Part shown: piece by piece, positions 55,751 through 64,000 of the stretch
Numbering within the stretch: the stretch's first letter is position 1
How the letters are laid out: each line of letters begins with the position of its first letter
Assembly: GCA_045636145.1 (NCBI GenBank)
Contig: JAZTWV010000015.1
Location: 1,586 to 65,585, forward strand
Direction of reading: 5' to 3'
From: Candidatus Flemingiibacterium sp.
GTDB lineage: Bacteria > Bacillota > Clostridia > Oscillospirales > CAG-272
DNA: 64,000 nt
The notes under the pieces: model-generated
The model's input: the letters and a program-made list of their open reading frames with translations, nothing else
What the model was told of the DNA's origin: nothing
Databases searched by the model: none
Position numbers and translations under genes: made by a program

Positions 55751-55765
55751 CGTGACTTAGTCACA
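55751..55765. promoter_or_regulatory. Candidate Crp/Fnr-type site upstream of trxA
   Basis: CGTGAC-TTA-GTCACA. The centre lies 29 nt from the 5' edge of the predicted trxA -10 hexamer (TATAAT, 55724-55729). Confidence 0.5.
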
Positions 55766-55867
55766 TTCCCCGCCGCCGAATGACGGCGGTCCTTTTTTAC
55801 TTGCACTTCGGCGCAATTTATGCTATAATAAAGTATACAAACGATTTCCTTAGTCAGTGAGGCAACT

Positions 55868-57010
55868 ATGAAATTTTTTCATCTGTCCGATCTTCATCTC
55901 GGGAAGCGGCTCTTTGAGTTTTCGCTTATTGAAGATCAATTATACATACTCGACATGATACTTGATGCCGCGGACAAGCACCGTCCCGATGCTGTGGTCA
56001 TTGCAGGCGACGTATACGACAAATCCGTCCCAACCGCCGAAGCGGTAACGCTGTTTGACGGATTTCTTTCAAAACTGCGCCAAAAGAACATAAAAGTGTT
56101 AATAATAAGCGGCAATCATGACTCCCCGGAAAGAATGGCATTCGCATCAGGACTTCTCAGTGAAGCTGAAATATATGTGTCACCGGTTTGGGACGGAAAC
56201 GTCACGCCAATTCGTCTTTTTGACTCATACGGTGAGGTAAATTTCTATCTTCTGCCGTTCATAAAGCCCTCTCAAGCGAGAAAATGCTTTCCCGACGCCA
56301 CCTGCGAATCATATACCGATGCCGTGCGCATTGCGGTAGAGCAAATGGGAATTGACAAGGGACTTCGGAATGTACTTGTCACTCACCAGTTTATCACCGG
56401 TGCGTCACGCTCGGATTCTGAGGAGCTGAGTGTGGGCGGCTCTGACAATGTTGATGTATCTGTGCTCGACGGATTTGATTATGTGGCTCTCGGTCACATA
56501 CATACGCCCCAGAAAATCACACGTGACACCGTACGTTACTGCGGCACACCGCTTAAATATTCTTTCTCCGAAGCGGCGCACGAAAAATCCGTTACCGTAG
56601 TTGACATGGGGGAAAAAGGGGATATGAAAATAAGCACCCTGCCCCTTGTTCCAAAACATGATCTCAGAGAGCTTCGCGGGAGCTACGATTCTCTGACTCT
56701 GCGGAAAAATTACGAAAACACCGCGTGCGGTGACTATCTTCACATCACGCTTACCGATGAGGACGATATTCCGGATGCAATGTCAAAGCTGCGTGTCATA
56801 TACCCGAATCTTATGAAGCTTGATTACGATAATCGCCGCACACGTGCAGTAGGTGTGGCAAGTACGGATATATCTGACGAAAAGCGCACTCCGTTTGAGC
56901 TTTTTTCATGCTTTTTTGAAAAGCAGAACGACCGTCCTATGAGTGACGAACAGCAAGCATATATAGAGGAACTTTTTGAAAAGCTCGGTGAAAAGGAGCA
57001 TAAAAAATGA
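55868..57010 (+). CDS. sbcD: Exonuclease SbcD (Mre11 family)
   Basis: The phosphoesterase motifs are HLSDLHLG, GDVYD, GNHD and GHIH. Confidence 0.9.
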   Translation: MKFFHLSDLHLGKRLFEFSLIEDQLYILDMILDAADKHRPDAVVIAGDVYDKSVPTAEAVTLFDGFLSKLRQKNIKVLIISGNHDSPERMAFASGLLSEAEIYVSPVWDGNVTPIRLFDSYGEVNFYLLPFIKPSQARKCFPDATCESYTDAVRIAVEQMGIDKGLRNVLVTHQFITGASRSDSEELSVGGSDNVDVSVLDGFDYVALGHIHTPQKITRDTVRYCGTPLKYSFSEAAHEKSVTVVDMGEKGDMKISTLPLVPKHDLRELRGSYDSLTLRKNYENTACGDYLHITLTDEDDIPDAMSKLRVIYPNLMKLDYDNRRTRAVGVASTDISDEKRTPFELFSCFFEKQNDRPMSDEQQAYIEELFEKLGEKEHKK

Positions 57011-59763
57011 GACCTTTAAAACTCACAATGCGTGCATTCGGGCCCTATGCCGATACCGTAACGCTTGATATGGACCGTCTCGGAAGAGACGGACTATACC
57101 TTATCTGCGGCGACACCGGAGCCGGAAAAACCACGATTTTTGATGCAATCACCTTTGCATTATACGGAGAGGCAAGCGGTTCTCACCGCGATGCCGCTCA
57201 GCTTCGCTCAAAATATGCCGCGGCCGATACCCCTACCGAGGTAGAGCTTGTCTTTGAATATTCAGGGGATATTTATACTGTGCGCCGCAGTCCCGAATAT
57301 AAGCGCGAATCAAAGCGCGGCGGCGGTATGACAACAAGCCGTGCAGAGGCGGAGCTTATACGACCTGACGGCACTGTCGTCACCAAAATAAAAGAGGTTG
57401 ATGAGGCTATCCGCGCTCTTATAGGGGTTGACAAAACCCAATTTTGCCAAATAGCTATGATAGCACAGGGGGATTTCCGTGAGCTTCTGTTTGCCGCCAC
57501 AGACACCCGTATCAAGATATTCCGCAAGCTTTTCGGAACAGGTCTGTACAAGGAACTCCAGGAGGAGTTGAAATCCGCCGCCGCTTCTGCACACCGCGAA
57601 TATGAGATGCTGTCGTTTGGTGCAAAGCAGTATCTTGACGGTATGTATGCGGACGATTCATTTTCCGATGAACTTGAATCGGCACGTTCCGGCAAGCTGT
57701 CCTCAGAAGAAACCTTGGTGCTTGCCGAAAAAATTATATCCGCCGACAAATCCGAGCATACCGCTTTGTCTGAGCGAATGACCGTGATTGAGCGCGAATT
57801 ATCGGAGCTTGCAAAATCTCTTGGCAAAGCACAGGAAATTGAGAAAAACAAAAACGCCCTTGAAGGTGCAAAAACTCAGCTTATCGCCCGCAGTGCCGCC
57901 CTTGATTCCTTGACCGAAGCACTCAAATGCGAGAGTGCACGTGCGCCGAAGCGCGACCGTCTCCATGAGCATATCACCCTTACAAAAGGAAATCTGCCAA
58001 GATACGATGAGCTTGAAGGACTTCGCGAACAGTTGACAAATGAAATGCGCACGGTATCAGAAAGTTCATCGGCACTCGCCGATATACTCGCTCAGCATGA
58101 AAAGAGCAAGGCTGAACTGCGTATTCTTTCAAGCGAAGCTGAGGAGCTGTCCCATACAGGAGAAGCGGTGGAGCGGCTGGAAGCTGAAAAGCGCGAGCTT
58201 TCAGCTCGCAGGCAGGCACTCACCGGATTATCACACGAGCTTGATATGTATGGGGCAATGACAAAACAACGTGATGCCGTAAAAGCGGAATACATACTTA
58301 TTTCCACTCACGCAGAGCAGATGCAGACTACCCTTAATAAGCTTAACAAGGCATTCCTTGATGACAGGGCAGGTGTGTTGGCAGAGACGCTCTCCGATGG
58401 CTCTCCGTGCCCCGTATGCGGCTCCTGCCACCATCCGAATCCGGCAAAGAAAGCTCTTCGCGCCCCTACCGAGGAAGAGCTGAATCAAGCCGCCGAAATA
58501 AGCGAAAAAACCATGGCACAAGCCATGGAAAAAAGTGCGGATGCCGAAAGGCTTATCGGCAAGTGTGATGAAAAATACTCCGCCATACGGAAACTTTCCG
58601 TCCAGCTTTTAGGAGCAGAGTATGATGATATAGAAAATGAATGCAAAAAGCAGGCGGACATATGCGACGCTTCAATATCAAAAGTAAGCGCCGAGCTTGC
58701 CGCCGAACAAAGGCGAATCACAAGGCGCAGTGAGCTTGCTGTAATTATTCCTAGGCTGACCACTGAAATTGAAGCGCTTGATACCAAATCACGAAAACTC
58801 AGCGACGAGGTTAATGCCGCCAAAAGCCGTCTTTGTAATATAGACGAGTCCATAAAGAAGCTGACATCGCTGTTGGAGTTCGACAGCCGCCTCTCGGCGA
58901 AGAAGTGTATTGAAGCCGAAACCGCCGAGCTTTCAAAGTACCGCGCCGCACTTGAAGATGCCATAACGCGTCACAATGATTGCAAAGCAGAAGTGAACGG
59001 TCTCGGTGAAACCATATCCCTTTTGGAAGCACGGCTTAAGGATACGACTGCAATTGACGTTGACGCGCTCACAGCCAAACACACTGCCTTGACAGACGAA
59101 AAACGACTTCTAAATGACCGTATTACAGCCCTTCAGGTACGCATTGAAGCAAACGTATCGGCACTCACAAAATATCGCTCTGCCGCAGACAAGCTTGCAT
59201 CCGCCGAAAAACAGCTTATATCTCTCCGTACACTTTCCAACACAGCAAACGGCAATATAAGCGGCAGAGAAAAAATAATGCTTGAGACATATGTGCAAAT
59301 GACATTCTTTGACCGTATCATATCAAGAGCCAACACCAGATTCATGATGATGTCAGGCGGACAGTATGAATTAAAACGCCGTATAGTTCCTGAGAACAAC
59401 CGCTCTCAAAGCGGCTTGGAGCTTGATGTTGTGGACCACTACAACGGAACGGAGCGAAGCGTTTCCACTCTGTCCGGCGGAGAAGCATTTAAAGCCTCGC
59501 TGTCACTTGCACTTGGTTTATCGGATGAAATACAGTCATCCTCAGGCGGTATCAGACTTGATACCATGTTCGTTGACGAGGGATTCGGCTCTCTTGACGA
59601 AAATTCGCTTGCGCAGTCGATCGACACTCTCATAAAGCTATCCGACGAATGCCGTCTTGTGGGCATTATATCCCATGTATCCGAGCTTAAAGAGCGAATT
59701 GAGCGGCGCATCATTGTTACCAAGAACCGCACAGGCGGAAGCCGCGCGGAAATTGTGGTGTAA
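57007..59763 (+). CDS. sbcC: Exonuclease SbcC (Rad50-like SMC ATPase)
   Basis: It has the Walker A motif GDTGAGKTT, a long coiled coil with the CPVCG zinc hook, the signature LSGGE and the Walker B motif FVDEGFG. Its ATG overlaps the sbcD stop. Confidence 0.9.
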   Translation: MRPLKLTMRAFGPYADTVTLDMDRLGRDGLYLICGDTGAGKTTIFDAITFALYGEASGSHRDAAQLRSKYAAADTPTEVELVFEYSGDIYTVRRSPEYKRESKRGGGMTTSRAEAELIRPDGTVVTKIKEVDEAIRALIGVDKTQFCQIAMIAQGDFRELLFAATDTRIKIFRKLFGTGLYKELQEELKSAAASAHREYEMLSFGAKQYLDGMYADDSFSDELESARSGKLSSEETLVLAEKIISADKSEHTALSERMTVIERELSELAKSLGKAQEIEKNKNALEGAKTQLIARSAALDSLTEALKCESARAPKRDRLHEHITLTKGNLPRYDELEGLREQLTNEMRTVSESSSALADILAQHEKSKAELRILSSEAEELSHTGEAVERLEAEKRELSARRQALTGLSHELDMYGAMTKQRDAVKAEYILISTHAEQMQTTLNKLNKAFLDDRAGVLAETLSDGSPCPVCGSCHHPNPAKKALRAPTEEELNQAAEISEKTMAQAMEKSADAERLIGKCDEKYSAIRKLSVQLLGAEYDDIENECKKQADICDASISKVSAELAAEQRRITRRSELAVIIPRLTTEIEALDTKSRKLSDEVNAAKSRLCNIDESIKKLTSLLEFDSRLSAKKCIEAETAELSKYRAALEDAITRHNDCKAEVNGLGETISLLEARLKDTTAIDVDALTAKHTALTDEKRLLNDRITALQVRIEANVSALTKYRSAADKLASAEKQLISLRTLSNTANGNISGREKIMLETYVQMTFFDRIISRANTRFMMMSGGQYELKRRIVPENNRSQSGLELDVVDHYNGTERSVSTLSGGEAFKASLSLALGLSDEIQSSSGGIRLDTMFVDEGFGSLDENSLAQSIDTLIKLSDECRLVGIISHVSELKERIERRIIVTKNRTGGSRAEIVV

Positions 59764-59777
59764 TAAGCGTTCTACGC

Positions 59778-59815
59778 AAAAAACAAGGTCAATCGTTTTG
59801 ATTGACCTTGTTTTT
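59778..59815. terminator. Bidirectional terminator
   Basis: AAAAACAAGGTCAATC-GTTTT-GATTGACCTTGTTTTT. Confidence 0.85.
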
Positions 59816-59825
59816 GATTTAGCTA

Positions 59826-60902
59826 TTACTCTGCTTCGGATGTGTCGAGTCCGTCCACAAGATTTCCGTTGTCAATAATAAACTGAGGAAGAATTTCCTG
59901 ATACAGCATAAACTGCTTTATATAGGGCTTGCCGTATATTTCTACCTGCTCTGTATAACCTGCGGCTTCAATATCCGCGTCGGTAACGGTAATGCCTTCG
60001 ATTTCCGCAATAGCCTGTGCCGCAAGATAAAGCTTGGCATCCGCAATATACGTCTCCTTGCCGGCTTCAATATATGCTTCCTTTGAATCGTAGCCCATAA
60101 GGGACATATACTCATCTAAGGTATATCCGTAATTTGCCGCCTCGGTTTCAAAGTATGACATCTCGTAATTTATAAGATAATCCACAACGCTCTGAGGAAC
60201 TTCCTCACATTCGGCATTCGCAAGAAGATCGGTGAAGAAATAGAACTTGTCCATATTTACACGCCACTTTTTGATATCCTCAATAAGAGCCTCGGCACTC
60301 TCAAATCCATAGTCAGCCGCAATTTCATCGGTAAGCTCAGCTTCAATGTATTCGCCGCGTATATAGTTGATGGTAACATCAAACACAGCCTCTTTGCCGT
60401 TAAGGTCTTCTCTGCCGTAATCTTCCGGATAAGTTACCGTAACGCTGAAAGTCTCACCCGGAGTATGACCGATAAGCTGCTCTAAAAATCCCTCAACATA
60501 CTCAGTTACACCGATAGTTACTTCAGTGCCGAGTCCGCCGGTGTTGGCGCCGTCAAACTGTACGCCGTCAATCTTTCCAACATAGTCAATATTGAGTGTG
60601 TCGCCGTCTTCCGCCGCACGGTCCTTTATCTGCTCATAGTAGCTGTAAGAAGAAGTGATGCCTGAAATTTCTTTCTCCACCTCTTCATCGGACGCAACAG
60701 GAATACCGCTGTCAATGTCAACGCCCTTGTATTCGGGGAGAGTCACGATATCGGATGCTTTAATTCCTTCAAAGAATCCGTTCTCGTCAAGACCGTTGCT
60801 GTAATTGTAGGCAGAACCTGCATTTGAATTTCCGCAGGCTGTAACGGATGCCGCAAGCAGTAATGCAAGTGCTGCGGCTGTGATTTTGTTAGCTGCTTTC
60901 AT
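59826..60902 (-). CDS. Lipoprotein with trigger-factor-like FKBP PPIase and C-terminal chaperone arm domains
   Basis: The lipobox is LAASVTAC. The motif GDTLNIDYVGKIDGVQFDGA...GFLEQLIGH..GE..V.V.FPEDY is typical of the trigger-factor PPIase region. No ribosome-binding N-domain is present. Confidence 0.8.
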   Translation of the reverse strand: MKAANKITAAALALLLAASVTACGNSNAGSAYNYSNGLDENGFFEGIKASDIVTLPEYKGVDIDSGIPVASDEEVEKEISGITSSYSYYEQIKDRAAEDGDTLNIDYVGKIDGVQFDGANTGGLGTEVTIGVTEYVEGFLEQLIGHTPGETFSVTVTYPEDYGREDLNGKEAVFDVTINYIRGEYIEAELTDEIAADYGFESAEALIEDIKKWRVNMDKFYFFTDLLANAECEEVPQSVVDYLINYEMSYFETEAANYGYTLDEYMSLMGYDSKEAYIEAGKETYIADAKLYLAAQAIAEIEGITVTDADIEAAGYTEQVEIYGKPYIKQFMLYQEILPQFIIDNGNLVDGLDTSEAE

Positions 60903-60954
60903 TTTTTTACTCCATTCTTATAAAAAATTCTTATATTTCCCACCCAAGGTCTTA

Positions 60955-61848
60955 TTAAGACTCCGGATAATAGGGCTTACAAAGGTGTGAGGCAATTCCC
61001 TTTTCAAGAAGTGCTCTCTGCGCCGATTGGGCAAGGCTTTCCGTCTCGAAAATACCGAAAACCGACGGTCCGCTTCCGCTCATCATAGCACGAAGTGCAC
61101 CGGCCGACGACAATATGTCCTTTATTTCACGTGCCTCGGCATGATGTGGAAGCACCGCAGATTCAAATATATTGGTCATTCCATTGGCGATAGCCGGAAG
61201 CTCACCGCTGCCTATAAGTACCGCAAATTCACCTGCATCCACACTGCGAGCGGAAAAATCATACATTTCATCAAGCTTTTTATATGCGGCAGGCGTTGAA
61301 ACGCCCTCGCCTCGGCAAGCGATAACGATATAGCAGTCGGGAAGCGGTGCACAGGGCAAAAATACGTCGCCGATGCCTTTTGTAATGCTTATACCCTGCA
61401 TTATGCAGAATGGCACGTCCGCACCGATCTTTCGTCCAAGTGCGCACAGCTCACTTTTTGAAAAAACACCGTCATACAACTCATTAAGTGCCGCAAGCGT
61501 CGCCGCGGCATCGGAGCTTCCGCCCCCAAGTCCTGCCGCCATTGGTATATGCTTATCAATGCTTATAGACAGGTCGTATTCTTTCACATCTGCCGCTTCA
61601 AAAAAGAGCTTCGCGGCACGATAGCATAAATTCCGCTCATCACAGGGCACATCGGGAACGGAGCACTCAACAGATATGTTCTGTCCCGCGCTCTCTTTAA
61701 TCACAAATGTAAGCTGGTCAAAAAGCGATACAGTCTGCATAACGCTTTCAATATCATGATACCCGTCAGGGCGGCGCGCACTCACTTCAAGGAACAGATT
61801 TATCTTGGCAGGTGCCTTTTTAATTATTTTTGTCATAATTATGACCAT
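60955..61848 (-). CDS. ispE: 4-diphosphocytidyl-2-C-methyl-D-erythritol kinase
   Basis: Motifs APAKINLFL and the GHMP kinase motif PMAAGLGGGSSDAA are present. The start may be the ATG at 61836. Confidence 0.9.
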   Translation of the reverse strand: MVIIMTKIIKKAPAKINLFLEVSARRPDGYHDIESVMQTVSLFDQLTFVIKESAGQNISVECSVPDVPCDERNLCYRAAKLFFEAADVKEYDLSISIDKHIPMAAGLGGGSSDAAATLAALNELYDGVFSKSELCALGRKIGADVPFCIMQGISITKGIGDVFLPCAPLPDCYIVIACRGEGVSTPAAYKKLDEMYDFSARSVDAGEFAVLIGSGELPAIANGMTNIFESAVLPHHAEAREIKDILSSAGALRAMMSGSGPSVFGIFETESLAQSAQRALLEKGIASHLCKPYYPES

Positions 61849-61961
61849 GACTTTCGCGAAGCGAAAGTTTCCTTTCTAAGCGATGCAAAGCATCGCATGG
61901 AGTTCGGGGCTGGTTTGCGAAGCAAAACATTGCCGGGACGGCGATGTAAGCCACAAAACAC

Positions 61962-61987
61962 AGTCTGAAAAATTTATTTTTCAGACT
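61962..61987 (-). terminator. Hairpin directly after the DUF362 gene stop
   Basis: AGTCTGAAAAAT-TT-ATTTTTCAGACT. On the minus strand it is followed by GTGTTTTGTGG. Confidence 0.6.
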
Positions 61988-63175
61988 TCATCCGCCGATC
62001 AGCTTTATGATCGGATTTTTCCTTATTTTTACCGCTTTAAAAGGGCAAAGCTCCTGACAGCAGTAGCACCTTATGCATTCATCGTGTATAATGACTGCCT
62101 TCTTTTTCTCTTTCTTGTTCGTCTTAAGCACAACCGTATGTCGCGGACAGCTTCTTACACACTCACCGCATCCAACGCAGACTCCGCTACTAACAACAGG
62201 CTTTGGCTGAAGCCACGCATTGAGTCTGCCGCCGAACATACTCGGAAGCCTTGCAAGAAGCGAGCTTGCACCTTTACGCTTTGCGGTATCCGGCTTTAAG
62301 AAATCATCCACCACGAAGTTGTCAAGCGGTTCTGCGGACATAAGATTAACGTCACCTGCACTCACGGGACAGTAACCGCGCCGCACACCCTCATCAAGCA
62401 TAATAACGCCATCGGTTTTGATAACAGACGCGCCGATAATATCAACCACAAATGGATTCACACCCGATATAAGGCAGTCAAGCCGTCTGGGATTGCCGCC
62501 TGTAGGTCCGTTTCCCTCCATGGCTAAAATACCGTCAATAACATTGAATGTAGGCTTGTTTTCAAGTATCATCTCACAGAGATCTGCAAGCATAGAGCCG
62601 AAATCGTTATAATCGGGGAATCTTGCGTGCATCTCAAATTTTGTAACGCCCGGAACAGTGCCGAAATAATTTTTAACCGCACCGCTGTAGCCTGTCAGAG
62701 AGTGACTTTTCAGCTTGGCAAGATTGACAATAACATCCGCTTCAAGTATTGGCGTGATGATGTCAAACATCTTTGATGTTTTGCCGCTCGGTGCATCCTT
62801 CGGACGCGATCCTGTGTCATAATTGAGGCTGACGCCGTATCGCTCTGCTACATCCAAAATGCCGCATCCGCGGTATGTGGCTTTCAGCGTCTCTTTTGTA
62901 TAAAGACCGCCCGGACTTTCTGCGATTATTATATCCGCCGCACGCTCTTTTAATATGCGTATCATGGCTTCAAGCACCACGGGATGGGTCGTTGCCGCCG
63001 CTTCCGGTGCTTTTTTCATAACCAAATTTGGCTTTATCACAACACGCTTTGAATCAAACATATTTTCTGCGCCAAGCCGTGCAAGCTGTGAGCGTATCGT
63101 CTTCTCAATAGCGTCGACATCATATCCCACCACACGGTCAAGTGCCGCCGGTGAATTCAAATCTATCTTTCTCAT
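61988..63175 (-). CDS. DUF362 domain protein with a C-terminal 2x[4Fe-4S] ferredoxin domain
   Basis: The Cys motifs are CVGCGECVRSCP and CIRCYCCQELCP. The DUF362-like N-terminal body is RVVIKPNLV. Confidence 0.75.
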   Translation of the reverse strand: MRKIDLNSPAALDRVVGYDVDAIEKTIRSQLARLGAENMFDSKRVVIKPNLVMKKAPEAAATTHPVVLEAMIRILKERAADIIIAESPGGLYTKETLKATYRGCGILDVAERYGVSLNYDTGSRPKDAPSGKTSKMFDIITPILEADVIVNLAKLKSHSLTGYSGAVKNYFGTVPGVTKFEMHARFPDYNDFGSMLADLCEMILENKPTFNVIDGILAMEGNGPTGGNPRRLDCLISGVNPFVVDIIGASVIKTDGVIMLDEGVRRGYCPVSAGDVNLMSAEPLDNFVVDDFLKPDTAKRKGASSLLARLPSMFGGRLNAWLQPKPVVSSGVCVGCGECVRSCPRHTVVLKTNKKEKKKAVIIHDECIRCYCCQELCPFKAVKIRKNPIIKLIGG

Positions 63176-63181
63176 AACAGC

Positions 63182-64000
63182 CTATCTTCTAACACAAACA
63201 GACATAAAATCATGTACAAATTCCGGATAGGATTTCCCGATACAGCTCATGTCGTCAACAATAACATCTCCCGTACATCCCACAGATGCCGCCGCTGCCG
63301 CCATAGCTATTCTATGGTCGTTTTCCGAGCACACTACGCCGCCGGGAAGTGAGCTTTTTCCTGTAATTACAAGTCCGTCCTCTGTCTCACTTACGTCAGC
63401 ACCTATCGCCTTCAGCATGTTGGCGGTGGAAGCAATTCTGTCACTTTCCTTTATGCGAAGACGCCCTGCGTTGTAGATACGGGTCGTCCCCTCTGCAAAA
63501 GCCGCCATTACGGCAAGTGCAGGCACAAGGTCAGGTATATCCGCGGCATCTATATCTGAAGCCGTAAGCTTTTCGCCCTTTGCAACGGTTACATCGCCGC
63601 CGTTCCATTCAACACGCGCTCCAAAGCGGCTCATGATATCAAAAAGTGCAAAATCGCCCTGCTTTGTATCACGCCTGATACCGCTCATTGTAACTCTGCC
63701 GCCGATTGCCGCCGCCACAGCAAAAAATGCCGCCTGTGAGCAGTCGCCCTCCACATATATGTCACGATGCTTAAGCTTTCCGCCTCTTACAAGATAGCCG
63801 AAGTCGGTTTCGGTAATATCAGCACCAAATTCGGCGAGCATATCGACTGTAAGGTCGACATAAGGCTTGCTTTCGAGCCGTGTGGTGATCACTATACGGC
63901 TCTCACCCGAAATCGCAGACAGCGCATAGAGAAGTCCCGTGACAAACTGTGATGAAATATCGCCGGGAAGCGAATATTCTCCGGCAGAAATTTGTCCCGA
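63182..64000 (-). CDS. aroA: 3-phosphoshikimate 1-carboxyvinyltransferase (EPSP synthase), C-terminal part (5' end outside window)
   Basis: The frame is open to the window edge. Motifs GDISSQFVTGLL, KESDR and DHRIAMA are present. Confidence 0.9.
   Translation of the reverse strand, partial: SGQISAGEYSLPGDISSQFVTGLLYALSAISGESRIVITTRLESKPYVDLTVDMLAEFGADITETDFGYLVRGGKLKHRDIYVEGDCSQAAFFAVAAAIGGRVTMSGIRRDTKQGDFALFDIMSRFGARVEWNGGDVTVAKGEKLTASDIDAADIPDLVPALAVMAAFAEGTTRIYNAGRLRIKESDRIASTANMLKAIGADVSETEDGLVITGKSSLPGGVVCSENDHRIAMAAAAASVGCTGDVIVDDMSCIGKSYPEFVHDFMSVCVRR

Overview
This 64-kb chromosomal window looks like an endospore-forming Firmicute of class Clostridia. That placement is an inference from SpoIIID, GlgD, three SLH-anchored wall proteins, a THF riboswitch and Gram-positive RBS and promoter signals; no search was run. 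The content is overwhelmingly core. It holds 2-oxoacid:ferredoxin oxidoreductase subunits, acpP and a six-gene glycogen operon (glgB-glgC-glgD-glgA-glgP-GH13). It also holds recQ, spoIIID, der-plsY, glucokinase, mscL, htpG, aroC, phosphoglucomutase and feoA-feoB with a divergent DtxR-family repressor. The remainder is a SulP transporter, ilvE, a riboswitch-controlled folT, trxB / Crp-Fnr regulator / trxA, sbcDC, ispE and a partial aroA. Two two-gene tRNA operons are present (His-Arg on the minus strand, Met-Glu on the plus strand). I found no transposase, integrase, phage, CRISPR, restriction-modification or recognisable defence genes, and I cannot support a novel multi-gene system here. The most interesting signals are regulatory or architectural:
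- Identical 15-bp palindromes sit at the same -41 geometry in front of trxB and trxA, flanking a Crp/Fnr regulator.
- A THF riboswitch drives a FolT fused to an extra TM helix and a 141-aa extracytoplasmic domain.
- A 56-bp duplication covers the tRNA-Glu 3' end plus its terminator and looks like an att scar.
- An aroC-linked trio encodes a divergent prephenate-dehydratase-like protein, an unknown protein and a TSCPD protein.
- Candidate DtxR operators lie over the feoA transcription start.
- An orphan promoter plus rod-hairpin RNA lies between the feo and tRNA operons.
All coordinates and motifs were read by eye from the sequence. All family assignments rest on remembered motifs, not on searches.
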